Source of the DNA: Ophelia neglecta
Lineage: Eukaryota
Assembly (NCBI GenBank): GCA_965285935.1
Contig: OZ260663.1
Coordinates: 111,538,001-111,602,000 of the forward strand
Direction of reading: 5' to 3'
DNA length: 64,000 nt
The notes under the pieces were generated by a model. That model did no database searches and was not told where the DNA came from. It saw only the letters and a program-made list of their open reading frames with translations. How positions within the stretch are numbered: the first letter of the stretch is position 1; each line of letters starts with the position of its first letter. This document shows positions 30,011-44,776 of this stretch, in pieces. Position numbers and translations under genes: made by a program.

Positions 30011-33000
30011 GCTTGGGGACAGGCTATTAATCAATCTGGCTGATTAGGATAGCATTTTGACACCATGCCTTGGCAGCAGGGCTCGCCGTCCCACAGGAGG
30101 ACGCCGCCGAGGTGGACACAGCCAGGGGGATTTATATCTTAAACCCACTTCAGCTTCTCCTGTGACATCTTAACCATAAAGGAGTTAGGGAGGGAATGAC
30201 AACATTCTAGAAAATAGCCACTCTGAAAGCGAGACGCCTACATTATCTGAAGGACAGTGCAGGGAACAAAGAAAATATTATTTCAAGATCTTAACCTTAA
30301 ACATACCAAGTACAATAGTCCAGGAAAAAAACATCCCAAGGGGAGCGATGGGGAACACAGTAAAAAGCATGTAAAATTATTTGCAAACTACGTTAACTAC
30401 AGACTAATTCTTTATTTAGTATGGCATTAGTGTTGCATTATTTTTTAGCTGCCTCACACTGGATGCCACATGTCATCATTTACGGGGCTGATTTTGGGAC
30501 CATGGACGTGGAAAAGCACTCATCAACTTGATTGATATAACACGCAGGGCGAACGTATTTAATTAACTAGACAGATATAGGTTTCCAGTACGAACAAGTA
30601 ATAAAAAAATGTTAATGCCAATGTTCTTTCAAGCCACTATTGAGGCGACACTTATCCTCGATGATATTTCTCTCACTTGGCAAGTGACCAACCATTCTGA
30701 TCGCGCTTCATGAATACTTTCTGATCGATTAGGTATATAATGTTTCCTTCTTTTTAGACGGGTACTAGCCATTGATTGAAATCTTGTTATTGCCTGTGAG
30801 AATCCAAATGGAAGCACACACTTGCTTTGTATGTTTTATTGTTTCTTTATCTTGGAGCTGGCGCCTTCGAGGTATTTCTAGGCGGATTGTCTGCTTCTAA
30901 TATGGAAGTCAAGTCCTATTATTATCAAGACGTCATTGCTGATTACTTCTCTGTCCAGATTTGATTAACAATATATATATGGCGATGATTTCAAGTTTTG
31001 AATGTTAAGCTGGAGGTTTGATGATGATAGATTGAGGCAAATGCCTCCTTTTCAACATACATTGACCGATGTTTTTCGAAATCCCAATTTCGCTAATTTC
31101 TAACATACCAAGACTAGGGAAACCTGATCATATTACCTGGTAGAGTCTGGGAGCAGGGTAGACAAAGGGCAAACTCTAATAATATAAAGCATCGTTTAAT
31201 TTCGCGTATTCTGCCTCAAGTGTTAGGGTGAGCAGTTCGTGAATCTTTAAATTCCAAGCAATAAGTAGTTATAATCCCCCTCGTTGAATGCTTAGTATGA
31301 AAATTAAACGGTGACCTGGATTGACCGGGTTGACACTAGTCTGTGAATACTGATGACACGCCAATGTTTTTACGGATTATAAATTCGACTGAATGATTAA
31401 ATCTAGAGTGTCCTCAGGCAGTTCGCGCCATCTGGCACTAGGGTCCCGAATTCTCTGTTTCATTGGTTAACTGCCCCAGTTGTTTTTACACGGCGATTAC
31501 CTTGTTAATAGCCGTAATGAAATGCTGGTTTAGCAATCATTGTTTACATTGCTTGCTTAAAATCGTTCAAAGCACATTTATATATCAAAACTGCAATAAG
31601 AGATTCTGGAGTAGAGGCATAGGGCATCGAGGAAATGGCTGTGAGTTAGCTGCTATTGATTAGGCTATACACGTTTTACTTACAAGTAATGGCGCATCTC
31701 AAGCTAATAAAATATGAATGATATTTACAATTGTTTAGGAGTAAAAAGGAATTAATGTTCTAAACTCCTGCTGAGCTGTCATGATCGTAAAATCAGACGA
31801 GGACTATAGCATGTGTTTGGATTATATTATGGCATACCAAGGGGCGAATCCTCGAAGGTAGGTGGGGCGGTGGATTGGATGGGATAAATCATTACCCCAT
31901 TTGGAAAATAGACTTACTAGTACAAACATGATAGAACCAATGTGGTTATCGTGAAAATGTATTAAGCTCCGATCACAATGGTAAAACTGCTTTGGTTTTT
32001 ACTGATTCAAAAGAATATCAATACAGAACACAGGAATGTAAACACCACATGTCGAGAGTATCAATATGGCCTTCAGAGGCGAGAAGCAAGGAGGGAAGGT
32101 TAATTGATCGTAATTGAATAAGTATGTTTGTAGTTTAATATGGTTTCCGGACCCCTTGTCGATATAACAATAAAGCTTTATTGACAAATAATCCCAATAT
32201 TCGGCTTTCTATTTGTTTGAAACATAACGCCACAATTGGTCTCGGGTTCCATAGCTGTATAGCCAAATAAACAATACAAAGTTTTTAAACTGACATCCAT
32301 ACTGGAGACTTGGCTATGCTATGTACAGACATTAAGCATTTTCTGGTATTCCAACTAGCAGTCATCCTGTGCAGGCCAAATGAGATATTGAAGTACTTGA
32401 GTGTCTAAGATCGTCTCCTGCAGGTCTGTCTGGGTATTCATTAACATTGCTGGACAGCGCCCATTTACCAAAAGCTCCGCACACAATGGATGTGCAATGA
32501 CAATGAAGGACAACATTGGAAAAGGCAGGTACTTGGATGTAATAATATGAGTAGGTCCAACTATACGACTCATGCAAGATGCAGGGTAGGTTATTAAGAT
32601 GGTCGAGAGGGGAAGGGTAGGAGGAGGGGCGTATATACGCTAGACTGTAACGGGGAGTGGACACTTACAAGGGCGGGGCTAATAACATCAGGGTATTGCG
32701 TCTTATTTCGGTTAATCGATCCTACCATGCATCAGTACATTTTTCATTATTTTTCGATGGATTGTCATCCATATATAGGGGAGCTTAGATTTTTTTTATG
32801 ATTTGTTCCTTGCATTTATCTTCAGGGCAATTGGAACCTACTGGATGTATTGCATTAATTTCGAGCTGTACTATCCCAGAACTCAGAGGTAACTTTGGAA
32901 ACTGTGATGTCACCAATACCTCTGAAGAGAACTGTTCGCAATATTGATTCGCCTGAATTTTGTGTAGAGATGCATTCTGCCGTGCAAAGACGATGGCTAA

Positions 33001-34050
33001 CTTTCGAGAAAGAAAGGGTTTAAGTGTAAAACCACGCTGACCAGTTAAAAGAGCGTGCCCAAACGCTATATATATTAATCCATACACTGCAACCTACTGA
33101 TACAATACCAAATTTGATTTTCAAGTGATTGGGTTATTTTAACAATAACTCTTTAAAAGATACAACCCTTTGCGTTTGCATCAGTTTAGATAAAGCCATT
33201 TGCCATTACGTTAATCATATGATACTGCCTTTTGCATTTGTGCTGATTAATATGATTTTGCCCTTTGCCTTGGCACGACATCAAAGTGCAAAGGCAAATA
33301 GCAGTAAATCGCATACTGCCTTCTGCATTTGCCTCCTATACAAATTTGGACCAGTAAATGCATTTTGCCACACATGGAAAAATGCCTTTCATTGTGTCCA
33401 ATGTCCAAAAACGAATTGTTAGTAATAGATTTCACCTTATCCATTGCAAACTTGTCGAGATAAAATAAGTCGTTGTTTGAAGCTTGAAGCGTTGCTGCCT
33501 CCTCTATTCCTACGGCAGTATTACCCTGCACTGCATAATTTTTTACTAATAGATGACGATTTCGTCTGCAATTCGTTTTATGTACACTTTGTGCTTTGTG
33601 TATATCCACAGTTTAAACTAAGCCACGAGTTGCGGCTCCGCCATGCCTTCCCTTAAAATTCATTTAATTGAAATGTAGGTAATTCAAAAATATATTAATG
33701 TTGCTTAATCCTGTGAACAATTGGAATTAAAAGCTGAAAGATAAAGGGCCCAAAATAATAGTTCCTGAAAAGAAAAATTGGTGTAAACTGAGTGTAAACT
33801 GAAGTTTCAAATATATGAAATACAACTCTGGCGTTACGACAAATAAATGAAAGAAAGAACAAATGAATATCAGTTTAAGTTTGTACAATACTGAAAACAT
33901 TAAGTTAAGAGCATGAAAGTAATAAATTGCTTACAATTATCATAATTGTAACATTTGGGAGCTCCAATACACATTGATCTAGTCAAAATACTAAATGGGT
34001 AATGGAACTGCAAAGAAATATTTATTACCATTAATGAAGGTTTACAGAAC

Positions 34051-34276
34051 GGCTTTTGATTAAAAGCGGAGGCGCGGAGCCTTGCGGAAATGAATCCAGA
34101 AAATAGAACAGAGCAATAGACCTATCAAACCTGTCCCTAACCCTTCCCCTAACCCTAAAATTAACCCTCCGTCCTAACCCTTTCCTTGCTGACGATTATT
34201 TGCTTCATGCCACTCAGAAATACTCATGACCTCCGCCTCCGTATAGCCTCCGCACCTCCGCGTTTTATCAATAGCC
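34051..34276. mobile_element. 226-bp MITE with ~33-bp TIRs, 8-bp TSD and internal telomere-like CCTAACCC motifs
   Basis: Left end GGCTTTTGATTAAAAGCGGAGGCGCGGAG vs reverse complement of the right end GGCTATTGATAAAACGCGGAGGTGCGGAG. TSD TACAGAAC at 34043-34050 and 34277-34284. Confidence 0.88.
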
Positions 34277-36489
34277 TACAGAACTGTATTGTTGTTGCAA
34301 ATAATCTCAAAAGGTAACTTGGAATAAAGTTAGCACATTAATGCATGTATTGGTTTCCAAGGCATGAATAACATTTCCAATTGACTTATAAATTCTTGCA
34401 GTCGGGCTTGCTCATCCTAGGTGTGGGCTCTGTCTTTATCCTAGCGGCATAATGAGCCGAACAATTTAAGTCCATTGACGAATATCGACCAATGCAACGC
34501 TCAATTTCGTTTCGGACCAATCGTTAACCACTTTTTCCGCCTTTTTTTGATTTGTTTGAGTTCTGCATATAGATTATTCATTCTTACCTTGCTTTAGTCA
34601 GGATAACCTATAGAACTATGTTTCTTCCGGCATACTTAAATCATCAACCATTTCCACACACTCCGGGTTAATAAGCAAAGTGAATTTACGAAGGGTTGAT
34701 GGTCCCCACAAAGCGTTTGCAGTTGGCAAAGTATAGTTTTTATTCATACTTGAGTTGCAAGCAATATTCTTGCTGTATTTTGTTAAGTGCCTATATGGCT
34801 GCGAGCCTGAATATTTTATCGTAGAACATATGAAGGGTGGTCCACCTTGATTGAGCAGACAACGTCGGTTGCAGGCATGTCTGGAACATCACGGTAGAAA
34901 CATTGAAATATGTGACAATATTGTTATTTTTTGGGGGCTTTCGGAGCTTTATGGCAGACAGTCCTGTATGCTCGTGTAAAATAATTTGATTATGTTCTTG
35001 ACAGTTAGAATCTCACAATAGATGTGCCACAGATGCGGCCCGGCAGATTGGTTGCTTATTTCCCAATGAGAAGCTTTTTGCATCATTCACGTTCTTTGTT
35101 AAGTTTTAGAAAGTTTATTTCCAAGCTGTTGTGTTGTTGTTTTTTCCCGTGAAAATAACCCACTGGTCCTGAAAGCAAGAAGTAGTCGCCAGCAGAAAAA
35201 AATATTACAAATATTTTCGACATAAAAAATCATGCCCGACTATGGAGTAATTTCCACTAGAATCTATGGCTACGTGGGGGAATAAATATACAGGACCAAC
35301 TCGCAAGAAGTTACTGGTTTATAGATGCCCTATTATGGCGGGGAAGACCGGGAATTGTATTTTTTTTTTTCATTTCCGTTGCTCATCAAAGCACTCAATG
35401 TCCCAGTGTCATCGATCAGTGGGTGACAAGTGGTGGAGAGACGGTTTACCGCACCAGGTACCTCACCAAATGGATATCTCGGGACCCCTGTCCTGTTAAT
35501 CTTTTGAGTTAGAATTACTCAAATCCTCTGACATTATCCTTAAGAGTCCTGTCTGGCGCCATCTCATTGGCCTGAGTCCAATGTCAAGGACCGCCTCCTC
35601 AGCTTAAAACACTTCTCTGGTAGATTTACATTCCACGACACATACATTGTGTATGTATATTTATCCGAGTATATATGCGTCTATGAGCGTACAGGCGTGC
35701 AGGTACATGTGTTTTCAGCTTATAGCTTATATGCAGTTTGACTGTTGTTTACAGCCATTTAACTTGTGATTTATCTTAAAGATCTGTGGCAAATGTTTTT
35801 CACTTCTTCTCTTGAGGGGGCAGTACTTTGTCAGAGCACCGATTGGCATGCGGTTTTAGTCCCCCCCCCCCCCCCCCCCGTCCGGAATTAGTTAGGATGG
35901 TCGTATCATGTTATCTGCCGGAACCGACAATATAAGCGAATCGTCCTAGAAAAAGTGTAGAGATGCATACGATCTAAGTTAAGTTTTGCAAACACACATT
36001 GTATGCCAACTGACGAGCAGGACCAAACCATTACTATGACCATTGTTCTTTACAGACAGAAAAATAAACTAGTTTTCTGACACTGGAACTCATATAAATT
36101 TCATCATTTTCACTATCACCTAGCCCACAATATGGTAACACGACTACGATGACGTGAATAAGGCAGAAGTAATCACCTGCTACCGTCTGGTGAGGATTGC
36201 GATTCCCAGCGGCTCGATAACCGCGCCCGGACCACTAAACTAGCCCCATGAGAGCTTTCTCATCGTGGGATGGTGTGTTCCAGACCACTGGTCGTAAATA
36301 GATAATGACCACTGCTCACCATAGAATACAATCCTCTATTTAAAAATTATGCTGTGTCATCCGGGATGTTGTTGAATTGTCCATTGTCAGCCTTGTCCCT
36401 ACCTCACTGGAGACCAACGCGTCTGACCTCCGTCTGACCTCAGCTAATGTACATGTTCGTACATTCACTTCGATCAACTGACCTTCCAG

Positions 36490-37100
36490 TATTAACAAAT
36501 GTCCACAACCCTACCGATATTGTCATACATCCATTGATCAAATCCTACAGATATTGCCCTACGCTCATAGATCTACAGATATTGCCATACGCTCATAGAT
36601 CTACAGATATTGCCATACGCTCATAGACCTACAGATATTGCCATACGCTCATAGACGTACAGATATTGCCATAAGCTAATTGACCATAGACGATATATTC
36701 ATTGCTCCCTACAACTCTGGATATTGCCATTAGTTCATAGGCCTCCCCACATCGGCATTAATCAACTTCCTGACATTGCTATTAGTTTATATACCAATTA
36801 GCCCAAAAACCACAAAACCTTCCAACATTGCCATTATTCCATACATCTACAACCTTGCAATAATTTCAAATACCATAGACCTTTTGGTATTGCCATTGGT
36901 TCTTTGATCTTTTGATAATTTATAAGTCCATAGGCCATAGTCCTTTCCAGTTTTCCATTAGTCTATTGACCTCTTGACATTGCTATTAGTCCGAGGAGCT
37001 CTCGACTTTGCCAATAGACCTTCCGATATGTCCCTGAGACCAATGACCTCTTGACATAGCTATTTAGCTCACTATCCTTCTGATATCGTCATTTAGTCCA
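36490..37100. repeat. 28-bp minisatellite, near-perfect core 36545-36672 with degenerate flanks
   Basis: CTACAGATATTGCCATACGCTCATAGAT at 36545, 36573, 36601, 36629 and 36657. Diverged GA(C/T)ATTGC(C/T)ATTAGT units continue to ~37100. Confidence 0.9.
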
Positions 37101-40100
37101 CACTCCATTGACGCTTCGATGTCAGCCTTATCCTTCAGACGATGGACCAATTCAGCTCTCTAAGCGATCGAATTCGTCAAGATTCCATAGGTCTCCTAAT
37201 TTTTCCGTCCATCGACATCCTGGCATCCACACATCCCCAGTTAGCCGCAACCCACCCCCACCCTCACTTTGTTCGGAGCAAGTTCGTGGGCGAAAGAAGC
37301 AGGAAGAAAACACGACAGGGGACTACCATCATTAATGCGCTGTAAATTGTGCTTCATGTGAAGAACTGGTGAGCATCATTGTTATATTTAATGCTTTCCA
37401 ACTGTATTTGTGTCTTGTAACGGCTCTCTGACAAGGTATACCCATTAATTTTAAACTGTTGTGTGTGCAATGCTTTCCATAGGCTTTCCATAGGTATTGG
37501 TCTAAAGCTTTGTGCTGTGTCCATCCGGCGCTGCCGGTGTCAACTGCATGCTTCCAAGCGTTCCATTTATCAGGCGCGCGCATTTCTTCTAATTTCTCCC
37601 ACAGAGTGGCACGGCGCTGATCCCAGCTGGCTGCCGATAATGAGCCGCTGCCTCCTCCGGTTGTCTTGAGGTACTCTACCAGGATTGGGCTCAGTGAGTC
37701 CGAGGATCATGGCATTGTAGAAGGATTGAACCTTTGTGTGTTACATTAGAAAGTCCACACGTGTAGATGTCTTAAATATGTTTATTGTACGTATACATCG
37801 ATCGCTCAAACTTGTCGTGAATATACCAAGTCTTATATTAATGTCCCGAAAGGAAATCGATTTACCCGGATCATCTGCAATAGTCTGTACGACAGAACGG
37901 GGCATTATTTAAATGCTTAGTTTCTCCTTGAATAATCGCCACTTGCACTTGTCGAGAGTCCCAATTTGTGGTGGTATTTTGTCTGGATACGTTATCGAAC
38001 ACTCCGATAGAAGGTGAGTAAGCTGATATCAATAATACACTTCACATTTAACCTGTATTTTAATGGCATGCCTGTGACTTATGATATCTGTCACTGCGGC
38101 CGGTAGCTGTACTAATATACGGCCACTCATTTTGACATAAAGCCATTTTAAAAGCTCGCTATCATCATATCAATACCTTATAGCCTATACTGTCTGGGAA
38201 GTGAGTGCCATTGTCCACTGGTAAATTTCGTAGGTTTGTTGAGTTTGGGTCATAATGGTTTATATATTCTACATCCATTAAACATTAATGTTCAATCAAA
38301 GACACGCCTGCATAGATATGGGTACTTGTGTCTGATTATATACATAACTCCTAAATTGCCTGCGAATTATATCTATAGCAGAAGGAGTGCTGGTCGAGCA
38401 CAGGCCGCCCCACGCTGTTTTTAACATTACTACGTTGAGACCATGTCAGGGTAGTTACACACGTTTTGTTAAGGGGTGGGGGGGGGGGGATTGCCCGTTT
38501 AAATTGAACAGCAAAGACTAAGATAACTTAGGGCTTCCGGTGATTTTTGATTGGACTCTTTCAGGATTCTTATTTGTGTTTATATGTGAAACAAAATATC
38601 CCCCCCCCCACCTCTTCTGTTTTGCTGACGTTTACAGGGAAATACAATGTTAGGGTCAGTTAGTTTTTCTAGTATATATGCGATGTTCTGAGGCGGTGGT
38701 CTATTATAAATGCAGGCTCGTAATGCTATTATATACTCACCTTTGTCTATTAGCTATATGAGTTGAACTTGGCATTATTTGTATCAATGTTGTAGGCTAT
38801 AAACTATCCTTTTCTTTTCTATTCATGAGCACATCGCACCACATATTATATACCTATATCAATATAATGTCACTAATGATGGAACACATGTACTCTTGTG
38901 CCCAGTTCCCTTTGGAATTGCATACTTTATTATTATTATTATTATCATTATATTGTACTATATATTATATTGTACACATGAAATACCAATTTCCAATAGA
39001 TACCTTTGAATTGAACTACCCCGGCTTGCAGTGACTAGACCGACAGCACTTTGAGGCCTACCTTTAGTAGTATAGGCACCCATTCCCGAGCCAAGGCATT
39101 GACCTTGTGATAATAAGTACCTAGTCACAGCGGTCTAATAACTGGTATATAATGGGCTTTAAGAATTGTTATGTGTGGTTTGAAATCGATAGGTTGTGTA
39201 TTTAGGTGGCATATTCCACTTCCAAGTCCAATCTTCCCCCAGGCCCATCCTTTAATAATCAATATTAAAAAACCGTTCATAAGGAATAAACTGAGGTCGG
39301 TTGGCTTATAAGCTTTTAGCTTAAGCTATAATCAGTGTTGCTCTTAAATAAGGCGAGTGTCTACATTGTACATTGTCTGCCCGATGCCTTCTTACCGTCG
39401 CAGTATTATTTTAACCTCTCCTGGAAAGCCTTGCTTCCTTATCGACCGGGGTGCTCGCCCAAATTAGTGCTATGTGATAAGCAAGCCCGTACGTTCGACA
39501 TTGGGAAAACCGTTTATTGCGTTTCCATGGTTATGGTAAATAAGCAAATTTTTCCTACATTTTGTGCTTCACTATGTAGTAAATACATTAGCTGCTCTCC
39601 AGCTTGTTTCGCTACTACCAAAGTATCAATTTGTAAGTTTTACGTATTTGTATAAATTCAGCCAAGTAATATCAACGCTCGTAATTTAAATTAACCAGTT
39701 ATGTATTTAAAGTTACATATCAATGTCAAAAAAATACTTAACTTCCTAAACAGAGAATATATGTCACCGTTTCAAAACTCTGACATATTCAATGAATAAT
39801 TACGAACATCTGATTGAAGAATTGTTGCCCAGATTTCAACTCTTAAGTGTTTATCAGCCCAGGGGTATAGCAAATTATATCCAAAACGTTCTAAATAGTC
39901 ATGGTAAATTTTGAAAAATGGTTTCATTCGACTAAAGGCACATTCTCCCAATTGAAGGAAGGTGCATGAAAGATACGTTCACCCTGGAGGTACGAGAAAG
40001 GCGTTGTTACTTTTAATTTGGCTTATGTTTTATAATTACCCCGCTCCATTGATATATCACCTCCCCGATCAATACGACACTGACCTTAGTGACGTTGACA

Positions 40101-40499
40101 GCAGCAGTTTATCTTCTCATAATACACCTTATGATACATATGGTTCGAACGAGGGACCGTGTTCTGTCTGTAGCAAGCCTTACATGGTGGATGTCATGAG
40201 AGGTCGGTCGGTAATTGGCTTATAAGTAATTAATATAGTATGTCAACAACAAAAATGTTCACCCTATATAAGCTTATGAATAAATAATCCTCTTACTGTC
40301 TGTGTAAGTCAAAATGATCACTTTTGCGTATTCAGATTCGTAACCAGCCCGTTGTATCTGAAAGTTATGCTGCCGGTATTATGTAAGGACTTTTATGTAA
40401 TCGGCGTGATCAATGGACTGGAACAACAACCCGTAGTGTCCAATCGAATAAATATCTTTTTACTGGCATTATGGAAAACATGGAAAATTTCTCATTACA

Positions 40500-40900
40500 A
40501 ATGATATCAATTTATTGTTTTCATTAACTTCTATTTTCATTTCAAGTTTATTTTCTGTCTGGGAGCTGGAGATGAATTATTGGTGTGCGTTGGGACTGTG
40601 GCTGCTGACGAAATTTAAACCATAGTTATTGAATAATAATGACTAAATTGGCTTGTAATTGACTAAGAATTTGACTATTTTTTGACTAAGAAATGGCTAA
40701 TAAATGACTAGAAACAACAAATAGTATTTACAAGTATGCCATTCTAAAAAGTGTGTTTTAAGGTTTCTTTTAAAATGTCCATAGCTTTCAGAGTTTTTAA
40801 GTGGAAATGGGAGCTGGTTCCATAAAACTGAAGCGAAATAACTAAAATGCTTGTTTCCCTCTTTGGTTTTCATGTTTGGTACCGTATTGATGATAAGATT
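40500..40900 (-). mobile_element. Decayed L2/CR1-like LINE 3' end
   Basis: The minus strand of 40735-40860 translates GNKHFSYFASVLWNQLPFPLKNSESYGHFKRNLKTHFL, the typical L2/CR1 ORF2 C-terminus, followed by an AT-rich UTR with AATAAA. Confidence 0.7.
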
Positions 40901-43900
40901 GGTTTAAATACATTCCAAAGGTTCAATTATGTTTGTGATCGCAGGGTACAGGCTGCCCGTAGGTAATATACCGTGCTTTGTCACCTTGCAGTCGTACAGG
41001 TCAGGGCGTTCCGTTGGCCTACTTAGTATTCGTAAGACATTTAACAGCTTTTACTCAATTATTTAGGAGCTGTTTGTCTCGTTTACCGAAGGTGATCCTA
41101 TTGTTAATAATGTACGAGCAGGTCGACCTGAACTATATTCTCCTGTAAAACAGTCTGGCCGACCACTGAGGAGTTCGATATTCAAGTGAATGGATACAGT
41201 AATGACTAATACATGGCAAGTGTGATATAAGACCGAAGTGTTCGCGAGAAACACCATTATACATATTGCTTTACATATTAAAATAACCAGCGAAGGGAAT
41301 GTTTAGGTTTCAACACACATACGTCAACTCGACTCTGAGAATAGGCTGGACTAATTATAAATGCTATGCGATATGTGAATTCTCTCGGAAATTAAGCAGT
41401 GGCATAATTTGTTGGAGGAATATTGAAGATTCGACAGTGTCTTCGTCATACAGTGTAGGTCTCCGTTATTCAATTCGTGCAAGTCAGGCATTTGTACAAG
41501 GAAACAGGTCCAAAATGATGTGAAGTTCCAAAGTATGCTCCCACGGTGATCATGGTAATCATAGGTCACGTCGTGTTTATGGTCATCATCAGATACCCAG
41601 GGTCCCAGTTAACCCATTACCCCAGGACAGTCCTATAAATCTGTACCATCCACTTGACATTTACATTCTGATTCTAATTGAACATATTGTATACGATGCA
41701 ACCATATACATAGAGAAATAAACTGCTATGCAATACGAGGCAGTGATATGAAGTACGAGGATATCAAAGACATGATGGTTGGTTTAGGATTTATTGGGGT
41801 TGGGTTATGTGTAAGTATATGTCTTGAGGTGGGTGTTGACGTTATTATAAGTTTAGGGTTGTTTTAGGAATTATTATATAGTTTGATATGGGGTTGAGAG
41901 TTATTATTTGGACTAACGTGCACTTGTAAATTTCTAATCATTACCCGGCGTACAACGGGGCAATTTCTCTAAAGCTCGCAATTTGTTCTTCTTGTTTTAT
42001 TTCATGTGTAATCAGGTTTTCCAGTATGCCTTGGCCACAGTCTGCAGAAGCCGTACCAATTACACGGACGCTGACCCTTAGCGCACGTTGTAAATCAACC
42101 TTGAGGTTTGTCCTACTCGGACGTTAACTAGTAGCTGGGCTAATCTCCCTTGGAGATGAGCTTTGCCACATAGACGAATGTCTATGCTTTTTTAAGATCC
42201 TAAGATAAATGGGGTAATTAAGTAGCCAGAAGCCCATCCAGCCAGAACTTAAGATTCAAAGGTTATATGGAATTTGGTTTCATTGACAGTCTGTAAGATA
42301 GCAAGGGCAGGAATCAATGGGATTCCAGGCTAACACATTCAAATAACACCGAAATTGTAAAATAAAAAAAAAACGAGTTCACACCATTTGTGATGATATG
42401 CTGTTCTTGCGGTCAATTGGTTTACAATAATGCTAATATCCACACAGTTAGTCAAATATCAGCTAATACTTGTACAATTCGATTGTTTATGTTCATGCTA
42501 TTCGATGAATGAATACTGTCAATGACTGGCCTCTCATTTTTAGTTTGGTTAAGTTACTTAGTATATCGTATGTCAATTAAACCGTTCGTCTGGCCTAGAT
42601 TTGATTAGATTATATCTGAGGTTTGGCCGTTATAAAATATAATTATTCCGGTGATATGGCGGAGATTTGATTTAAATATACTGGGGGTCTGACAGAGATT
42701 TAATTATTCTCCTAGGCTATCGCCTAACATGATACCTCTTTTAGATATATCATATTTCGTGATTACTTATCCCCATACTAACCATACTGACCAACGGTTA
42801 CGCTTCACATACGACTCATCCCTGCAAGACATATATTTGTCAAGATACATAATCAACACATTCAACTATTCAGCCTACAAACTTCTACCGTGTCGTGCAT
42901 TTTGACAATCATCGCGGAATAATGATTAATACTTCCCTTTAAAAGGGACATCTATTTTATTTTGTATTATTAGATTATAACAAGGAAATAGGGATAGATA
43001 GTAGTGGGCTGACAGTTCCTGTTGTATTCGAGCCGTTTGATTGTACCACCATCATCATTATTAAGGATTTGGCTTGCCTGCTGTGTATCCATTCCTGTTG
43101 TTTCTTTATATTGTTACAATCAATATCAAAAGTCGTGGAATGGAGAAATTCACAAAATTCAAAGCATCGGGTTACATAGGCTTCATTAAACAGCACATAG
43201 CAAGCGAATTACAAACTACGTTTTTCAATTCAACCTGATGGAGAGGTTATCGCCCGATTATTTATACACGATCTCATCAATCAACTACAGCTGATGTTTA
43301 ATCTTTCAACGTTCAAGAATGTATCCGTGTCCTTCATTTATTAGGCCTAGCAGCATGGGCGGCAAGGCGGTTGCCTTGTCATTTGCTTTATTAGTGATAT
43401 TAAACGGTATAAAGATCGAGAAACATGTTCCCCATTCATATAAACCGTTACTGATACCTCATATAAACGTTAACATATTATAACTCAAATGATTAAGTAG
43501 CTCTCCAACTACGATCGGAAAGAATGCCAAAACCCGTGAACAATCCCCTTTGTCAATAGTAGGAAGATTGAATGTCAAGCTATACCATACCTTCAACATT
43601 TTTTTCGTTAGGTATATTTGATTATTTGTTTTGAAACAAAAGCTTATGCACTAAGTGTCTGTTTTTAGGTATTGCGGCATGTGATGGAAGAAGCAAGGCT
43701 CCGTCAAAGGCACGTTGGCGTGAACTGGGTTAAATATTAATGGTCGGGGAATTGAACGGCTACAGTTTGTGCATAACTTCCCATAAAACTAAAACTCGAA
43801 TCCCATCTGGCTCAGGGCGCCATCAGTTTCCCAGAGTTTGGCAAAACCACGGCATGAGCAGAATTGGACCCTATATTCACAATAAATAAACGTTAAATAA

Positions 43901-44776
43901 AAGCATTAAAATGTATGTGATGTAATGGACATACTTGTACAACTATATCTTAACGGACACCAAATAGTGTTCCCAGAGAGGGACCTTAGAAGGCAGCTGT
44001 GGGCCTATAAAATGATCGAAGTTGAGGATAAATCGTTTATCTATCTAATCAGGGCACTAATATAAAATAAAATCTATAACAAATTTAAATACAGTTGTGA
44101 ATGTGGTCCAACCATTTTGTAACGGGCACTTGCAGTAATTTCGATCGTATGTTTTATGAGGAACCCAAATTAAGGTTTTTTTTGGCTTATATTTCGTTTT
44201 AGGAAGGAAGCGGAGATGGAATGTGATCCAAAAATATACTAAATGCCTACCCGGTCTACATAAACACACACAAACACACGCGCGCATATATTTTTGTGTA
44301 GCATGGAGCTAAAGCAGTATACGAATACACATATGTCTTCGGTATATAACAATTACACAAATGGATTGAGATTATATGTTTGCTTCAGGCCCTGCCTGTA
44401 ATGCTAATCCTTCCTGCAGGAAGATGGTTGATATTAAAGGGTTGTATCTTTATGAATAGGTCTCCTATATTTAATATCATAAATGGTACTGGGAAAGCTT
44501 TACAGCCACCCACACCGAATGTCTCCTTAATAATCCCTGTCTGTTCTCTATTAACAACACCGGTTAAATGTATCTAGATGGTTACCTATGTAAAGACGCA
44601 ATCCTCTTACTCGTACAAGCCGCTTCCACGTGTCTTCCCCGTGACATTTCGCCCATTATTGATTGAGAAAACGGTTTATGAGTATGTACGAACTTTAGGG
44701 CCGTATTGTAAATCGGTCAAGCTGGTATAAAGTTCGTACGTTTTGCAAAGCGTGCTTTGAAAATAACATGTATCCT

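Noticed and set aside
32785-33640. Possible decayed LINE or small exon (32826-32888)
   Set aside because: Only a weak QRGF-like motif and generic splice signals; not supportable by eye.
36545-36672. CRISPR-like array (also 4839-5173, 56560-57600, 61430-61695)
   Set aside because: Head-to-tail repeats without unique spacers, no cas genes, eukaryotic context.
39962-40225. Acidic stretch plus CSVC suggesting a PHD/zinc-finger exon
   Set aside because: Only one CxxC pair, no downstream ligands, no convincing splice sites.
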